A stretch of 63,455 nt of DNA, counting the filler, from Dirinaria sp. TL-2023a (taxonomy: Eukaryota): assembly GCA_051941275.1 (NCBI GenBank). It is 17 parts of 17 records of this genome, joined end to end, with 100 filler letters (N's around TTAATTAATTAA, not from the genome) between each part and the next. Parts side by side here need not be neighbours in the genome. Positions count along the whole stretch, not along the records: positions 33,801 to 37,431 come from JAVEBF010002000.1; positions 37,532 to 41,160 come from JAVEBF010002001.1; positions 41,261 to 44,887 come from JAVEBF010002002.1; positions 44,988 to 48,613 come from JAVEBF010002003.1; 13 more parts are not named here. One strand, 5' to 3'. The stretch's first letter is position 1, and each line of letters begins with the position of its first letter. This document shows, piece by piece, positions 33,801 to 47,154 of this stretch. Made by a program: the position numbers and the translations under genes. The notes under the pieces were generated by a model. The model was not told the origin of the DNA and did no database searches. It saw nothing but the letters and a program-made list of their open reading frames with translations.

Positions 33801-34310
33801 TGGGGACCCTGGGCGGCTGCTGGGGGTTGGTGTTGAGGTTGTGGATGAGCTGCTTGATGACGTTGTTGATGACTCGTCGTCGTCGACGGCGGTGTGCGAT
33901 TCCGGCTCTGGAAGAGCGCTGGCTGCGACTTGATATGCTTCTTTAGCCTGCTCCAGAAGCACAAGTTTCGATGCTGAGAGATTGTGCATCGCGCGAGCTG
34001 TGCTTTCGTTCGACATCGCTAGGTAAAAATTGAGGAATGTCACGTTGAGAGGATGCGTCTGGAGAGTTGAGCACATTAGTCAAGGGGGTAATTTGAACAT
34101 ATTTGGGTTGGTTGGTTTCACCGAGACTGAAGTTTGCTGTAGGAGCTCAGTGCAGCGAGCTGCACATTGCTTCCATTGGGTTTTCAGGTACAGCGTTTTC
34201 ACGCGGCGCAGAGCGGTTTTCCATTCTTGCGCCGTTTGCGGCTCGGAGGGATTTAGGATTGCTGTGGAGGTGGAAGATGGAAGCGGTTTCTTCGTCTTTG
34301 AAGGTGTCAT
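33801..34310 (-). CDS. Hypothetical fungal protein, 2 exons, 3'-partial; start uncertain
   Basis: EWKTALRRVKTLYLKTQWKQCAARCTELL is spliced (GTGAAA..CTAAT..CAG, ~34120-34059) to THPLNVTFLNFYLAMSNESTARAMHNLS. Confidence 0.65.
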
Positions 34311-34704
34311 TTTGCTTGAGTGAGTGGAATGGGTCCTCGATAAGGAGTATGGGGGAGGATGGGTGTGCTATTCTTTACAGAAAGCTTAGGAGCGAGAGGA
34401 ATGAGATCAAGGTCTGAAGGGAAAGGAGTGAAAGAAGATATCAATTGTAAATGAGAGGATTGAAGATCAGAGGCAGATGAGGGGACGAGGAAAATAAACA
34501 AAGAGTATAAGTGTTGTTGTCATCTGATCTAGATCAACAAAACATTGTTGCTCGAGACAGCACAACAGTGACTGTCACTCTGGCAGCACTTCATGTGGAT
34601 GGAAATTCGATAAGGGTTTCATGATCGTTGTAAACTTGAATTGATTAGCATGTTCGTGAACTAGTATCTGTACCGTCCGCAACACCTCGCCGCTTCCCAG
34701 CAGC

Positions 34705-36669
34705 TCATGGCCCTCTCGATACCTTTGAAGAGATCCCTGGTAAGCGATAGCATTTTAGATCAGTAAGTCGCATCGTCGTCGTTGCTGAGCCATCTACAAA
34801 ACCCACAACATCGACCAGCCTCTGCTGAATACTGATCTTGATGCCCGGACTCATCTCCGCAGATATTCCGTGATGTCGGAATTCCAGATTTTCGCTGACA
34901 ATGCGTGCACCACCCATGCCTCCGTCACCGCTGCTTGATGATATAGCCACTTCTGGCAGCAACTGCGTTACAGAGCTTCGCCACTCGTACGCCACCTGAC
35001 GACTGCTGTCGTCTTCTTCGGGCCACATCACGTGTCCTGGAAGACTCAAAAACACCGCAATAAGTCGCTCTTTGGCTTCTGAGAATCTTTCGCCCTCTGC
35101 CGGATCTTCTCCTCGGATCAGCAATATGTGGAAGCGGTTCCTGGCTGTCAACATCTTGTTCATCTCGATCTCATCCATTTTAGTTTCTGCAGTGAGATCG
35201 GCCACGAGGGTCGAGGCTTGCAGATCAAGCTGAAGCTGCCGCTCGTTGTCGTGGAAGCGGTGTCTTGGCGAAACCTCCAGGTCGGTTTCAAATTTAGCAG
35301 CAACTAGCAGGCAGAGCATGTTGGCGGTGGCCGTTGGTAGGAGGGATTCATTTGAGTACTTTGAGGGATTGGCGTTGGGGGCAAAGATACTAGCCCAGAG
35401 TTGGAAGAATAGGTAATCGAATGCAGGCTTAAGGGACGTCAACTCATGTGTAGCGTAATTGAGGTTTGTGCAGAGAAGATCTTACGTAATTAGAATACCA
35501 TGTCTTGAATGAGTCCCATTCTATACACTCCACGTTCTTTGGAAAGAAAGATCTCGTAACAGCGGACACAAACTCGGACGTTTGCGGTCCTTCGTCAGAC
35601 GAGCTAGTCAAAAGAACGTTGTCGACATCCGCGGATCGTTGCTGTGTTTCATGCCTGAAGAGCCCGTCTCTCCATCGGCTAGGTTGTGGGCGCAGTAGAA
35701 GAAGCAGCTGGAACAAATTACTCAATTTGGTCTTAGGAATAACCCTTGAGGATGCAGATTTCGTCGGTTGTTCACCATTCGGACGACGTAGTAAGCGGTT
35801 CGCCGCAACTTCAAATTGGCCGCCGTCTATGGATGGTCCATACGGATATGGATCATACGTGATAGGCTGCGTGAAAACCATTGTGTCTCTGACATCTTGT
35901 AAAAGCATGTCCTCATGCGTAGAGTGAGAGTGGGAAGATGCTATCATGAACCACAAGAGTGAGCTCGATCCAAAAGCACAACCGTCAAAAGGTCAAATTT
36001 CCGTGATTACTGACCTCCCGGTGAATGGATATTTAAGCATTCGAAGACGATGCGGGTGAGTCGCGGAACTTTGTCGCTGTATTTTATCTCGATGTTGCTT
36101 TGCGGCGACCATGGACTTCCATCTTGCTTAGCGCCTAGAAGGTCGAAGCCGCGCAAGACCAGTAGAGCAAATGCTCGCCTAAATGCTTCGAGACCGATCT
36201 CTGGTTTTTCTAATATGCCTGAAAAAGGAAAATATGCACAGTGGAGGAATATGGGCCATAGTAAAGATACATGAGCAGCTATGATTTCGTTATCCGGTAG
36301 TTTGGCGCCGATATATTTGGCAAAATTGCTCTCTCTCCAGATGCCCTCGCCTCTATTGGCAGGTGTTGCGAATTGTGCAAATACCTCGTTGACATGGTTG
36401 GTGCCATCCAACAATTGCTCCAGTGCGTGATGGAGATCGTTGAGGCAGGAGTCGATGTCCACATCTCGAAGATATTGTTGCGTCGTCCTACTCGTGAATC
36501 AGAAATTTAGCTCTGTCCATACCTTAGCAAAGGCGTCAAGCCAGAAGAATTAAGGTACTTTATGTCGATAGAAGAATTAGACGAATAAGACCGACCTTTC
36601 CGCAGACGCTACCCGGACGCGATCCGCGAGAACCCCAAAGGGAGCTAGGAGAGTTTGTTGCCAGTTCAT
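34705..36669 (-). CDS. Multi-exon hypothetical protein, possibly a divergent Rtc5/TLDc-like protein
   Basis: Three consecutive same-strand ORFs (36462-36007, 35956-35444, 35442-34705) are separated by short intron-like gaps, with small upstream exons. LWPIFLHCAYFPF..GLEAFRRAFALL only weakly recalls Rtc5. Confidence 0.6.
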
Positions 36670-38222
36670 TTTCTTACCTACGTGACGAGTAGTATTTGAG
36701 GAAAAGGCAATCAGTGCAGATCAGCTCTGTCGTGAATCCAAGACCATCATTCGCCTTGACTATGGACTTGCACTGGACAGAAGTTGCATGATGAACTACT
36801 ACAGCTTTACGCTGGATCAGGATTCCTTCCTACACAAGAACTGCTGCCTTGCAAGAGAATCACGTGATGCGGATGGAAAGCTGTAGAGCAAGACACAGCT
36901 CAATGGTGGCCAGATCCAGGATCTCCATCGACCCTTTGCTGCTCATTTAATTGGCATTCTGGCATGTGGAATCGTGACAGCTGACGACAATAATGATTCA
37001 GCCTCAGCGGAACAGGCACCATCTGCTCACTGTTGAAAGGAATGGAACAAATCTAGGGTCAAAATAGGGCTTGGAGACTCGGACACGGCTTTCTATATCT
37101 TTCTTACCACAAGAGACTGCCTCCTCACCATTATCAGTCGTTCAGAAAACTTCTAAGCTATGGGCCTGGATTCTCCCTATTCAGGTTCTACGCTCATAAG
37201 TCACGGCCTCCCTAAAACGAGTCAAGGGTTTCGGCTGCGACAGAATGATGTACTAGGTGAGGGCCTGGAATACTACAACGACATCCATCCATGGACGGAA
37301 CATTCTAGGTTACTATGGCTTCAGCCAGTCACTCGCTAGTTACTCGCCCCCTTGACTCCGATGCAATAGTAATACCCCACGAATAGCTCCGTGTTACAAT
37401 TTGCTCCGTTCGGACCCAGCACGGTGTTCCANNNNNNNNNNNNNNNNNNNNNNNNNNNNNNNNNNNNNNNNNNNNTTAATTAATTAANNNNNNNNNNNNN
37501 NNNNNNNNNNNNNNNNNNNNNNNNNNNNNNNTGCTCGCGTACCCTTTCCCGGTCGAGCTTGGTCTGTCGGCATTGTAGCTAAAGCCGAAGTATCCGATGA
37601 GCATAACCTCTAGAGGATGATGAGGAATGCTTGGCTAATACTGATGAAGGCTTGTGGATCGGATATAGTATAATCATGGTTGCCGGCTGCTGAAAAACGT
37701 GCACAACACAAGTCTTAAGATTCGCCGAGCTAGCTATTTCAAATCTTTGGTAAAGAACTGCAAGTATAACGCAGATTGATTGATATTTAGTAATGACCTG
37801 CTCCTGTAAAATTTCTAATGAATCCGATTGATATATTATAATTTTAAGTCTTGTCCATAACAATGAAAAAATGTTTGTGATGTTGCAGATCTGCTATGCA
37901 CGTGATTCGTCAAGAAAGTCTGAATACTTTTTTGATTTGCTGATACATTGTCGGCTCATCATAACAGTCACTGGTTGTTATGGATTGATCCAAGGGAAGG
38001 ACTCTATACGTATGGACGGGAGGATGACTATATATGCCTATTTAGGCCTAGTGTGGTCCAAGAGGCTCCACCAAATCAGGTCTAGCTCTGTACGCGTATC
38101 TCCCACACATAAGGTAGGTAAGGTATCTGTCTTGACTAATTCCTGGCACATGATAGCGGCAGTAATCGTGAGCGGATCCAGCATAATTCTCATCTGTGGC
38201 CCATGTTGGGCTTGGGCGATGG

Positions 38223-41160
38223 TTAAGGAGTGTTCAACAGGGTACCAATGATTATGGTTCGTTCCAGGACTGTCTTTATTTCCTGGTGTTCTAATTTCTT
38301 CTGCAACTTCTTTACCTGCTTCTGCAAAAGGCTGACAAAGTCCTTCAATTGTTTCTTGTGCAGACCTGTGTCTTGAAATTGTCGATATCGGAGTTGGTAC
38401 GAGCTGTCCGGGAGTTGGGGGAAGAAAGCTTGTTTCAGACTGAGGGGAAGATCTTCTATTGAAGCAAGATCCATTGCTTCGTACGTACTGTCGTCAAACA
38501 TCGTTATCTGACACATCTCCTGATTCCAATGCTTCAAGTTTTCATTTATAATATCATGTATTTGAAGATGGCCAGCAATAACCCGCCATTCTGAACGATT
38601 TTCATTAGGGCCTTTCGATTGAAATTTTGATATGTGCTTGGTATTCTGTGTCCTACATTCTTGTAAAGTCCGTTTATAATCAGGATCCCACAAACTGGTA
38701 TTGCGGCAATTGGTCTCGAGTTTCTTCCCTTGAATCATTCTCGATTTTCCTCAGCATGATGTTCAAAGCTTCTAAACGTTGTCCTCGCTTTATCGAGCTT
38801 GGATATCGTGACCAAGATATTTGGATAGCAGCGGCTTCAGACATCTCTTCCAAGTCTTCTCACCACTTCCTCGGATTTTCTAGTTGCCAGATGAGATTAC
38901 TTGAATATGTGGAAGTAGTCTATGGGTGCGCACTGAGACTTGAGATGAGTTTTTCTTTATCTGCCTGACATTCATCCTGTCTTGGTCGATTCATCGACAT
39001 ATCGTCCAGTGTAACGATGTCTACGTTACCCAGCAGCATGTTTGCCTCAGGCTGCTGACCAGAATCTGCTCACGCGATCGTAATAATCAGAGCGTTGCTG
39101 ATAGAGGAAAACAACATCAACTATGCCGCTGAAGAGAACGGATTACGAAGATAGAGATAGTGGATGAAGATCTCAGAGCATTTCTGATTGACGAATCCTC
39201 TTCCATCATCTCTCATTTCGAAGTTTTATGGTGGTATCTTCCTTCTAGGTTCTTTTGCCAGTCTTGACTGTTCATATATGCGGACTTTCTCAGACCTTGT
39301 TCGTCTTAAAGAGCTCCATGTCCGCAAAGAATTGAGACGAGTGCCTTGTACTTAATTTTGTCCACTGCTATCCATATCTTATCAAGCGAGTAAATTTCCG
39401 CTTGAGCTGCATCTTGAGGATCGTCTGATTGCTCCTCAACAATCTTTCTCCTCAACTCCTCATCTTGTTCCTGATGATGCTGACATCTTTCCACGGTTCG
39501 GCTTCATGTGTGGTTTTGATATGAGAGATATGGTTTTATCACCTAAGATGGATCAGTGGGACATATATGATAAGTGGAAAGATGGATGATCCTACTATCC
39601 AGCTTGGACCAACTACCGGTAGTCCGTTCAGGGCTAGCTCAACTAGCCATCTACCTAGGCAAACATTCTGGACCAAACACTAACATCTGGCGACAACAAC
39701 ATATTTTGATGCTCTGGTCTATGTGTCCTTTGAGCGTTTGAGCTAGATGTAGTTTGAAAGAAAAGAAATTAGCTGACCTGCTTGAGGTGATCTTATCCGC
39801 CTCCTTTGTAACAAGAAATTTCAACGGTGTTGCTGACCTGTGTCCTTTGTGGTCTGTCCAGGTGATCTTATCTGCCTGAATGTCATTCATTTGGTCTCGC
39901 GCTTGCTGTATTCTGCGTCGGAATGTTTATCACAGTCTGAACCACTATGTTTTTCGTATCGTATCTCTCCAGCTCTGCTGTTCAGTTGTTTTGCAGTGTC
40001 AGGCGATTAAAGAGTTCCTTGAATCATTCTTTAAAGAGCTCCTTGGCCGTCTTGATATACCATTTCTCATATCCGTCGAGAGTATCTTGATGAATATTTG
40101 AACTTTCTCATGACTCGGTGATATATCATATGCTCATACTCTCTCTGTGTATTTGTCGGAAAAATGATGATGGAAATTTTGTAATAAGCGCGAGAACACT
40201 TCCATATATGTTCCCTCTGATCCATTTTAGGTGCAATCATATTTCTCGTATCAGGTTCTTAGAATATGTAGTGCTACATTGGAGTCCAGACACTGTAGAT
40301 GGAGCTCTTGTAGTTTTCGGGAGTAAGTTTGCTATTAAAAGATTCGTTACGTGCTTTTAACGATCTCTCTTGATCTTGATGGTAGGAAAAATAATATGAC
40401 AACAAACGTTAATTAACGCACGAATCCTGGATCTGAGCGTGACATCGTTCACGTAAATCGAAACCATCATCTCTGTTTGTTCAAGCAAGGCAGCAACTTT
40501 TCTCTCAAAACGCAGCGGCATTTGCTAGCATTTTTCATACGCATCAGCGCATCGAGGATATCGTCTAGTTTTTCTTTTTCCCACACTAATATCGTTAGTC
40601 AAATTCCATTCAAGTATCAGAAATATATCACGATACTCGAGATTGTTGCTCAGCTGTCAAAATCAGCGCAATTTCTCGAAGATGCTTATTAAGACAAAAT
40701 TTTTATTCGACTGATTGAGATCGAACAGAGAAGGATTGAATTTTTCTGTTATCACTCAGCTTCGTGAGTTTCATTAAAATAGTGTCAAATTAACATTTCT
40801 TGATAAACTCTTTTGTTAAAAGTTCGTGAGTCTTGAATTCGTCGCACAGCATCAATGGAAACGCGTTAAGATAATATTGTTTTAACGAATTTATCTCTGT
40901 ACTTCTTTTGAATATCGATATCAGTCGTCTCTGATTTGTCTCTGCATGGGCTTTAAGTCTCTTCAACTTCTTTTTCTAAGCTGTCAATTTTTCTTTGATA
41001 TCTTCTGATTCTCTTTCGATATAATTATCATCTCTGTCAAATTGCGTGATATTTTCTTCGTCATGGAAATAAAAAATCTTAAAATGCACGAAACGATCAT
41101 AACTTTTCTTGTCGAAATTGACGAGATAGCTCTCGTCGTCGTTTGACGAAATCTGACACT
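38223..41160. other. AT-rich decayed repeat/ORF remnants, increasingly CC/GG-depleted toward the contig end
   Basis: Only fragmentary Lys/Gln/Glu-rich minus-strand ORFs (e.g. 38738-38223). By hand count, 40621-41160 has 0 CC and 5 GG. Confidence 0.6.
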
Positions 41161-42076
41161 NNNNNNNNNNNNNNNNNNNNNNNNNNNNNNNNNNNNNNNN
41201 NNNNTTAATTAATTAANNNNNNNNNNNNNNNNNNNNNNNNNNNNNNNNNNNNNNNNNNNNCTTGGGGATGTGTTATGGGTCTGGCCTTTTGTTCTTGATT
41301 TACATCTTGAAACTAAGGTAGTTGATATTAGAGGCGTGAGGATACACGACTACACGTCACAGGCGAGCGACTCTAAGCTAAGGTAGGTCCCCCTCGGTCC
41401 CTTAAACACCGCTCCTCGCTTCATTCCGTAGGCTATGATTGGATCAGCTCCCCCCTAGTAACACCTCCTTTTTCTCCGTCGGAGTTCCTTGAATCGAGGA
41501 CGATGAAGGGATTGGATGTTGGAAGATCTTTAATTATCTGAAGATTACGAGTTGTCCTGAAGAAAAATGATGACAAAGGCTTGGCAAACAAGAGTTCCGG
41601 AGTGAGAAAGTCATCGAATTTGGATAGATTGCGCACAGAATAAATGAGTCTATTTTTTCACAGTCTACAAGCAATATAGAAGACTAGATATCTCACGATC
41701 AATCGAGGGTTTTTTATGCGATTCAGCTTTTCTTAAATCTGAGTAGTAATGCCCCGAAAGTTGCAGACAGACCTGATCATTGCGCTAAGCAATCGGTAGG
41801 CTTTTGCACACGCTAAATTTTCCAAGACCAGCTGTACTTCGCGTACTTGACACTAGAAAATCTGTACATCTTGCCAAACTGGTTCCGACAATTCCTCGAA
41901 AGTATTTCTGCTGGACGAGTTGCCCACAATTTGTATCGACATCCATTTCCAGTCTACCGATAGCCAGTCCTTATCGCTCGTTCACCATATCGTTCGCGCA
42001 CTCACAGCTTTACAATTCCCCCCTTAAGCTTCGGTAAGGAACCTCAGACCACAGCCAGCCACCACCGCGGCCCACG

Positions 42077-43395
42077 ATGGCGGAAGACAAAAAGCGAGAC
42101 GACGTCGCGATTGAGCTGGGAGAGCGCCGAGGGACTGGTTTCGAATCTCCAGTCAACTCGCCTCGAGGAGCCCCTCCTGCGCCCATGGCGGCAGTCGCAA
42201 ACAATCCTATATTACCTGTCATCAGCTATTGTGGTTCTTCTATCATGATGACTGTAACAAACAAATTCTTGCTCTCCGGGACAGGATTCAACCTGAATTC
42301 CTTCCTCCTCGCCGTCCAGGTATGTCATATTCACAACGGGAGACTCCTGAGTCAAATGCTGATACGGATTCAGTCCGTTGTGTGCGTGATAGCCATCCAG
42401 ACTTGCAAATCCTCGGGCCTCATAACGTACCGAGACTTCAACTCGGACGAAGCTAGAAAATGTACGTGCCATCGCAATTGAGGAGAGGCATCAGACGTCG
42501 CTCACCTTGTTTAGGGTTCCCTGTTTCTCTCCTTTTGATCGGTACAATCTATACCAGCACCAAGGCTCTACAGTTCCTATCGATTCCTGTGTACACCATT
42601 TTCAAAAACCTCACGATCATTCTGATTGCGTATGGCGAGGTGCTATGGTTTGGCGGATCAGTCACTGGAATGGCACTGTTTTCGTTTGGCTTGATGGTGC
42701 TTAGCTCTGTCATCGCAGCATGGGCAGATGTTCAGCATGCGCTTCAAAGCTTCGGGCACGCAACCGAGGAAGCATCGGCCAAGGTCTCAACTCTGAACGC
42801 TGGATACATGTGGATGCTGTTGAACTGCATCTGTAGTGCGGCATATGTGCTGGGGATGCGCAAGCGTATTAAACTGACTAACTTTAAGGATTTTGACAGT
42901 GAGTTTGCTACCGCATTGTTTTGGGGTGAGGATGCTGATCTTATTACTATAGCAATGTTTTACAATAACGTCCTCTCCATTCCTGTCCTTCTGGTCTTGT
43001 CCATCGTGGTAGAGGATTGGTCTTCCCAGAACATCAACCAAAATTTCCCTCCAGACCGCCGAAACAACCTAATCTTAGCCATGATTGTGTCCGGCCTTTT
43101 ATCCGTTTTTATATCATACACTTCTGCGTGGTGTGTCCGCGTCACTTCCTCAACCACATACTCCATGGTTGGAGCGCTCAACAAATTGCCGATCGCACTA
43201 AGCGGCCTTGTCTTCTTCGATGCTCCCGTCACGGTGCCCAGCGTCTCAGCAATTGCTGTTGGGTTCGTCAGCGGTATCGTGTACGCAGTTGCGAAGGTGC
43301 AGCAACAATCAAAGCCAAAGACCGGCGCTCTCCCCACAACCAATCCCCCTATAAGCGCCAGCAGCCAAAGCGCTAGGGACTCCTTCAAATCATAG
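42077..43395 (+). CDS. VRG4: Golgi GDP-mannose transporter, 4 exons
   Basis: [41 protein letters not shown] and [16 protein letters not shown] (GALNK motif). Introns near 42320, 42462 and 42899. Confidence 0.95.
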
Positions 43396-44101
43396 TACGC
43401 CGAGATGGTGCAAGTGGAATCTTCCATTTTGCTCTCGCACATTCTACGCAACGTTATAGAGGAAGGATGGCGTTGGCAAGTAGCAAGTCCGAGGACGTGT
43501 TCACGGCTGCTGGATAACTGGCTTTCTCTTCCGAACGCCGAGCATGCCGACCACATGTTGAGCATCTGGTTAGGGATCTTCTTTTGCAGGATAGTATTGT
43601 TGCTACGGGTCTTGTTCTGCTCTTACTGTAACTATATGCTTCGGAGACTTGGGCGCGTGGCATTTTTTAGAATCTTTGTTGTTATTCACATACAGGTATT
43701 ACAGCAGTCACGAAATTCAAATGAGCAATGCTCTATCAACAACTTGCAGAACTTCAATTGCCGCCCTACAATAGTGACTGATACTGAGTTTCTTACGATG
43801 CTCTCTGTTACCTTGCTCATAATTCAAGCTATCAAAAACTGAATAGTAACATTAGCTGTGTGGTGGCGCAAAAGGTGGAATTTTAAGCGGCGCGCAGCAG
43901 CTTCCTCGGCTTCTACCTTAAGCTCCTCCCCCAAACATTTATCTGCAAATTCTCACACTACACGGCAATCTATGCCAGCCGTAAAGGGATGGCGCCTCAA
44001 TTAGATCATCCTTGTCCTTGTCTTTACAGGCGTTGATAGCATGACATCGCTCCCAAGTATGACCATAGGGCGAAGAGCCAAAGCAAAGACTGGCTAACAA
44101 G

Positions 44102-44887
44102 ATGCTTTCAGATGGACCAACCCAACCTCTACCGCAACAGTCATCGTACGTGCTGGCCATTTGGGCTTTATACGATAGCCTTTTGACCTGTCAATAGATT
44201 GTCGTTCACGGAGGGGTTTCTGCTCGGTCAATTATCCGTCGTGATTCTGATCGGGGCTTTCATCAAGTTCTTCGTCTTCGGCGAACCCCCAACTGCAGAG
44301 TCTATAGCCGCAAACCGCGCCCTCACTCGCGGTGACAGCAGTTTCAAACACAGACCATCTTCCTCGATCGGTTCCTCCTCCTCTCACAAACATGAAAGCC
44401 AGAGATCTTCCTCCAACATCCTCCGCAACCGGCCTCCTTTGACTGCCAGTACAATACTCTCCAAAACATACTACAATGTCAATTCGCATCAGCCCGAGTC
44501 GTTGGATTGGTTCAACGTTTTAATCGCGCAGACCATAGCCCAGTTCAGGAATGATGCGCAACAAGACGAGGCCATTCTGGCTTCCTTGACCGACGTCCTG
44601 AACGGGTCTCAGAAGCCAGACTTTCTATCAGCCATCAATGTCACGGAAATTAGTCTGGGCGAAGACTTTCCAATATTGAGCAACTGCCGGGTACACCCTG
44701 TAGAAGATGACGGCAGCGGACCAGAAGGGGGACGATTGCAGGCACGGATGGATGTGGATCTCAGCGATTTCATCACCTTGGGCGTAGAAACCAAGATCAT
44801 CTTAAACCATCCCAAGCCCATGACGGCGATCCTACCCATCGCACTCTCGGTATCGATCGTGCGCTTCTCGGGGACATTGTCCATCTC
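44102..44887 (+). CDS. MMM1: ERMES subunit Mmm1 (SMP domain), 3'-partial; start approximate
   Basis: [60 protein letters not shown] and [15 protein letters not shown]. Intron 44146-44197. Confidence 0.93.
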
Positions 44888-44987
44888 NNNNNNNNNNNNN
44901 NNNNNNNNNNNNNNNNNNNNNNNNNNNNNNNTTAATTAATTAANNNNNNNNNNNNNNNNNNNNNNNNNNNNNNNNNNNNNNNNNNNN

Positions 44988-47154
44988 AACCGTAGTTTGA
45001 GCTCTTCTTTTCGCTGGGCATTGCGCTGTCGTTCTCTTTCTATAGCCAAGGCAGGATCCTCGTCAGACTTTTCGTTTGCTATATTTCCATCCTCATCGTC
45101 ATCGGCTTCAAGATCCTCGAAATCGCCATCACCTTCCTCTGAGTCAACCGCGTCTGAATTGACGTCGCCATTGGCGCTCTTTTCTTTGAGCAGGCTGGCG
45201 CTTGCGAATCGTTGGCGCAAAGCCTCGAGGTTGGCTGGATCAGTCCACTTCTGTGCGAGGGCAGTGTAATCATACTTTGGTATGATCCGGTCTTCAAGAT
45301 CCTCTTCCTCCTCTCCCCGAGCTTTCCGAAAGAAGTTCTCGTCTTCAGCACTATCACCTTCATTCTTGCTTACCCGCGGCGTCGAGACAGCTTCGCCACG
45401 CCACTTCCTGGCTACATCTGCCGGTGTCAGTGAGTCATCATAGAGCATTCTTGCGAGATCAGCTGCGCGGTAGCTACGGCTGGCTTTGTGTAGCTTCTCG
45501 GCATCCGCTTTCAGATCAGATTTCCACCGAAGGGTAGCAGATTCCTCATCCGAGCCCTCCGATGCGGATTCTGAGGCAGACTCGACTTCACTCCCTTCTT
45601 CATCTGATAGGGAACCTAGATCGGAATTGCTATCTGCATTCGGAATTTCTTGCTGGATAGCTATTTTATTATCGTGGAAGTCTTGCAGACGCCGATTGAC
45701 CTTAGTCCCAGACGCCTGTGCAAGCATGCCGTTTTCACCGTCCTGATAATCTGCAAGGTCGCCTTGGTCTTCCTCATCGCTGTCCAAAGAGCCGTCTTCT
45801 TCCCCTGAAGCCCATTGCCCTTTATCCTCGTCCTCTGGCATCCTTGCAATTCTTTGCTCCTTTCGTCCCTCTCCGCTTTCGCTCAGTAGATCAGTATCTG
45901 GATGCAGCGAGTGCCCGCCAGAAAATAACCGTACACCTTCCTCTGCAGCTCCGAGTAGTCTCCGCTCCCCCTGCAAACCTACCACCATCTGCTCCCCTAG
46001 ACCTCTCTCCTGCCCATCGGCAGCGTCTCTGTCGAAAGTGGATGTCTTGACGTCGATGTAAACCGCGTCTTTGTCGACCAAGACTCCACCAACGTCTGAC
46101 ATTGGCGCAAAGAGCAGTTTTTGCTTGTCTCCCAGCCTTCTTCGCCCGGCCTTGCCCGTAGCTTTTGCAATTGCTTGGTCCATGTACGGGGTAGGGCAAG
46201 GGTCCGGAAGAGCTTCCATAGCCGAGACACTTAAATCTCCAACTCCCGGTACATGGACTTGCGCGCCCTCAGCAGGAAAATTGGTCCCTCGCAGGTACCC
46301 ATAGAGCGCTATCGTCCGGTCGCACTTAGGGTCTTCTTCAATTTGACTGGGCGGGGTAACGTCCAAAAACCGATCAGCTATGCAATACGGGTGTGAATTT
46401 CTCCAAACGAGCGGTCTAGGGTTTTTCATCACACTAATAAACCTTGACAGATTATGTATCTCCCGGTCCGGATAGCGTCCATTAATGACACCACTCAAAT
46501 AGAAAAGCTTTGCGCCTTGGTATAGCTCACCCCAGAACCGATGCTTCAGCCTCTTCTTCGCGTCCTTGAGTGTACTTGGCTTCCGAAAGAGATCGAGGTG
46601 TGTAAGAATCCCAAAGACATTTCCTGGCATCCCAGAAGCTGAAAGGACGTTCAGAAATTCCAACGTCTCCATCTCGAACCCGAAATTGCCGTCGATCATT
46701 AAGAGAACGATGTCCGCAATTTTGCTCGCATCAATCATAGCCGCCAGGGAGTCGGCAGGGCATTCAATCAGTGTCAAGCGCCGTCGTTTCGATGTCACAA
46801 CAGTGAGGGGTCCGGTTGGTAACGAGAGACTGTGCTTGGCGTAGCGCTTGATGAGCGATTTGATGAGAGTGGTTTTGCCCACTCCTGGTGGGCCAACGAC
46901 TGCGACGATGAGTGGTGGAGCTTCTTCAGGAAGACGATCGACCAAGGGGACGTGGAGGCGCTTTTCCTTAACCTATATGCACGTCAGGCACGGCCACATT
47001 CAGTAGGAGAGTGCGCGAATACATCGTGAGAGCGAGCGGCTTGCTTCTGTAAGCGGCCTGGGTTTGCGTAGGCATATGCTTTTGGGTTTCTGTCTGAGGA
47101 ATGCTTTTTTTTGACTTTCGCCGGCCGGTGCGGGCGATTGACCTGATCGTCCAT
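44988..47154 (-). CDS. BMS1: Ribosome biogenesis GTPase Bms1, 3'-partial, one intron near 47022-46973
   Basis: MDDQVNRPHR..NPKAYAYANPGRLQKQAARSHD/VKEKRLHVPLVDR, GPPGVGKTTLIKSL, LMIDGNFGFEMET and AARP2CN region (PLVWRNSHPY). Confidence 0.96.
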
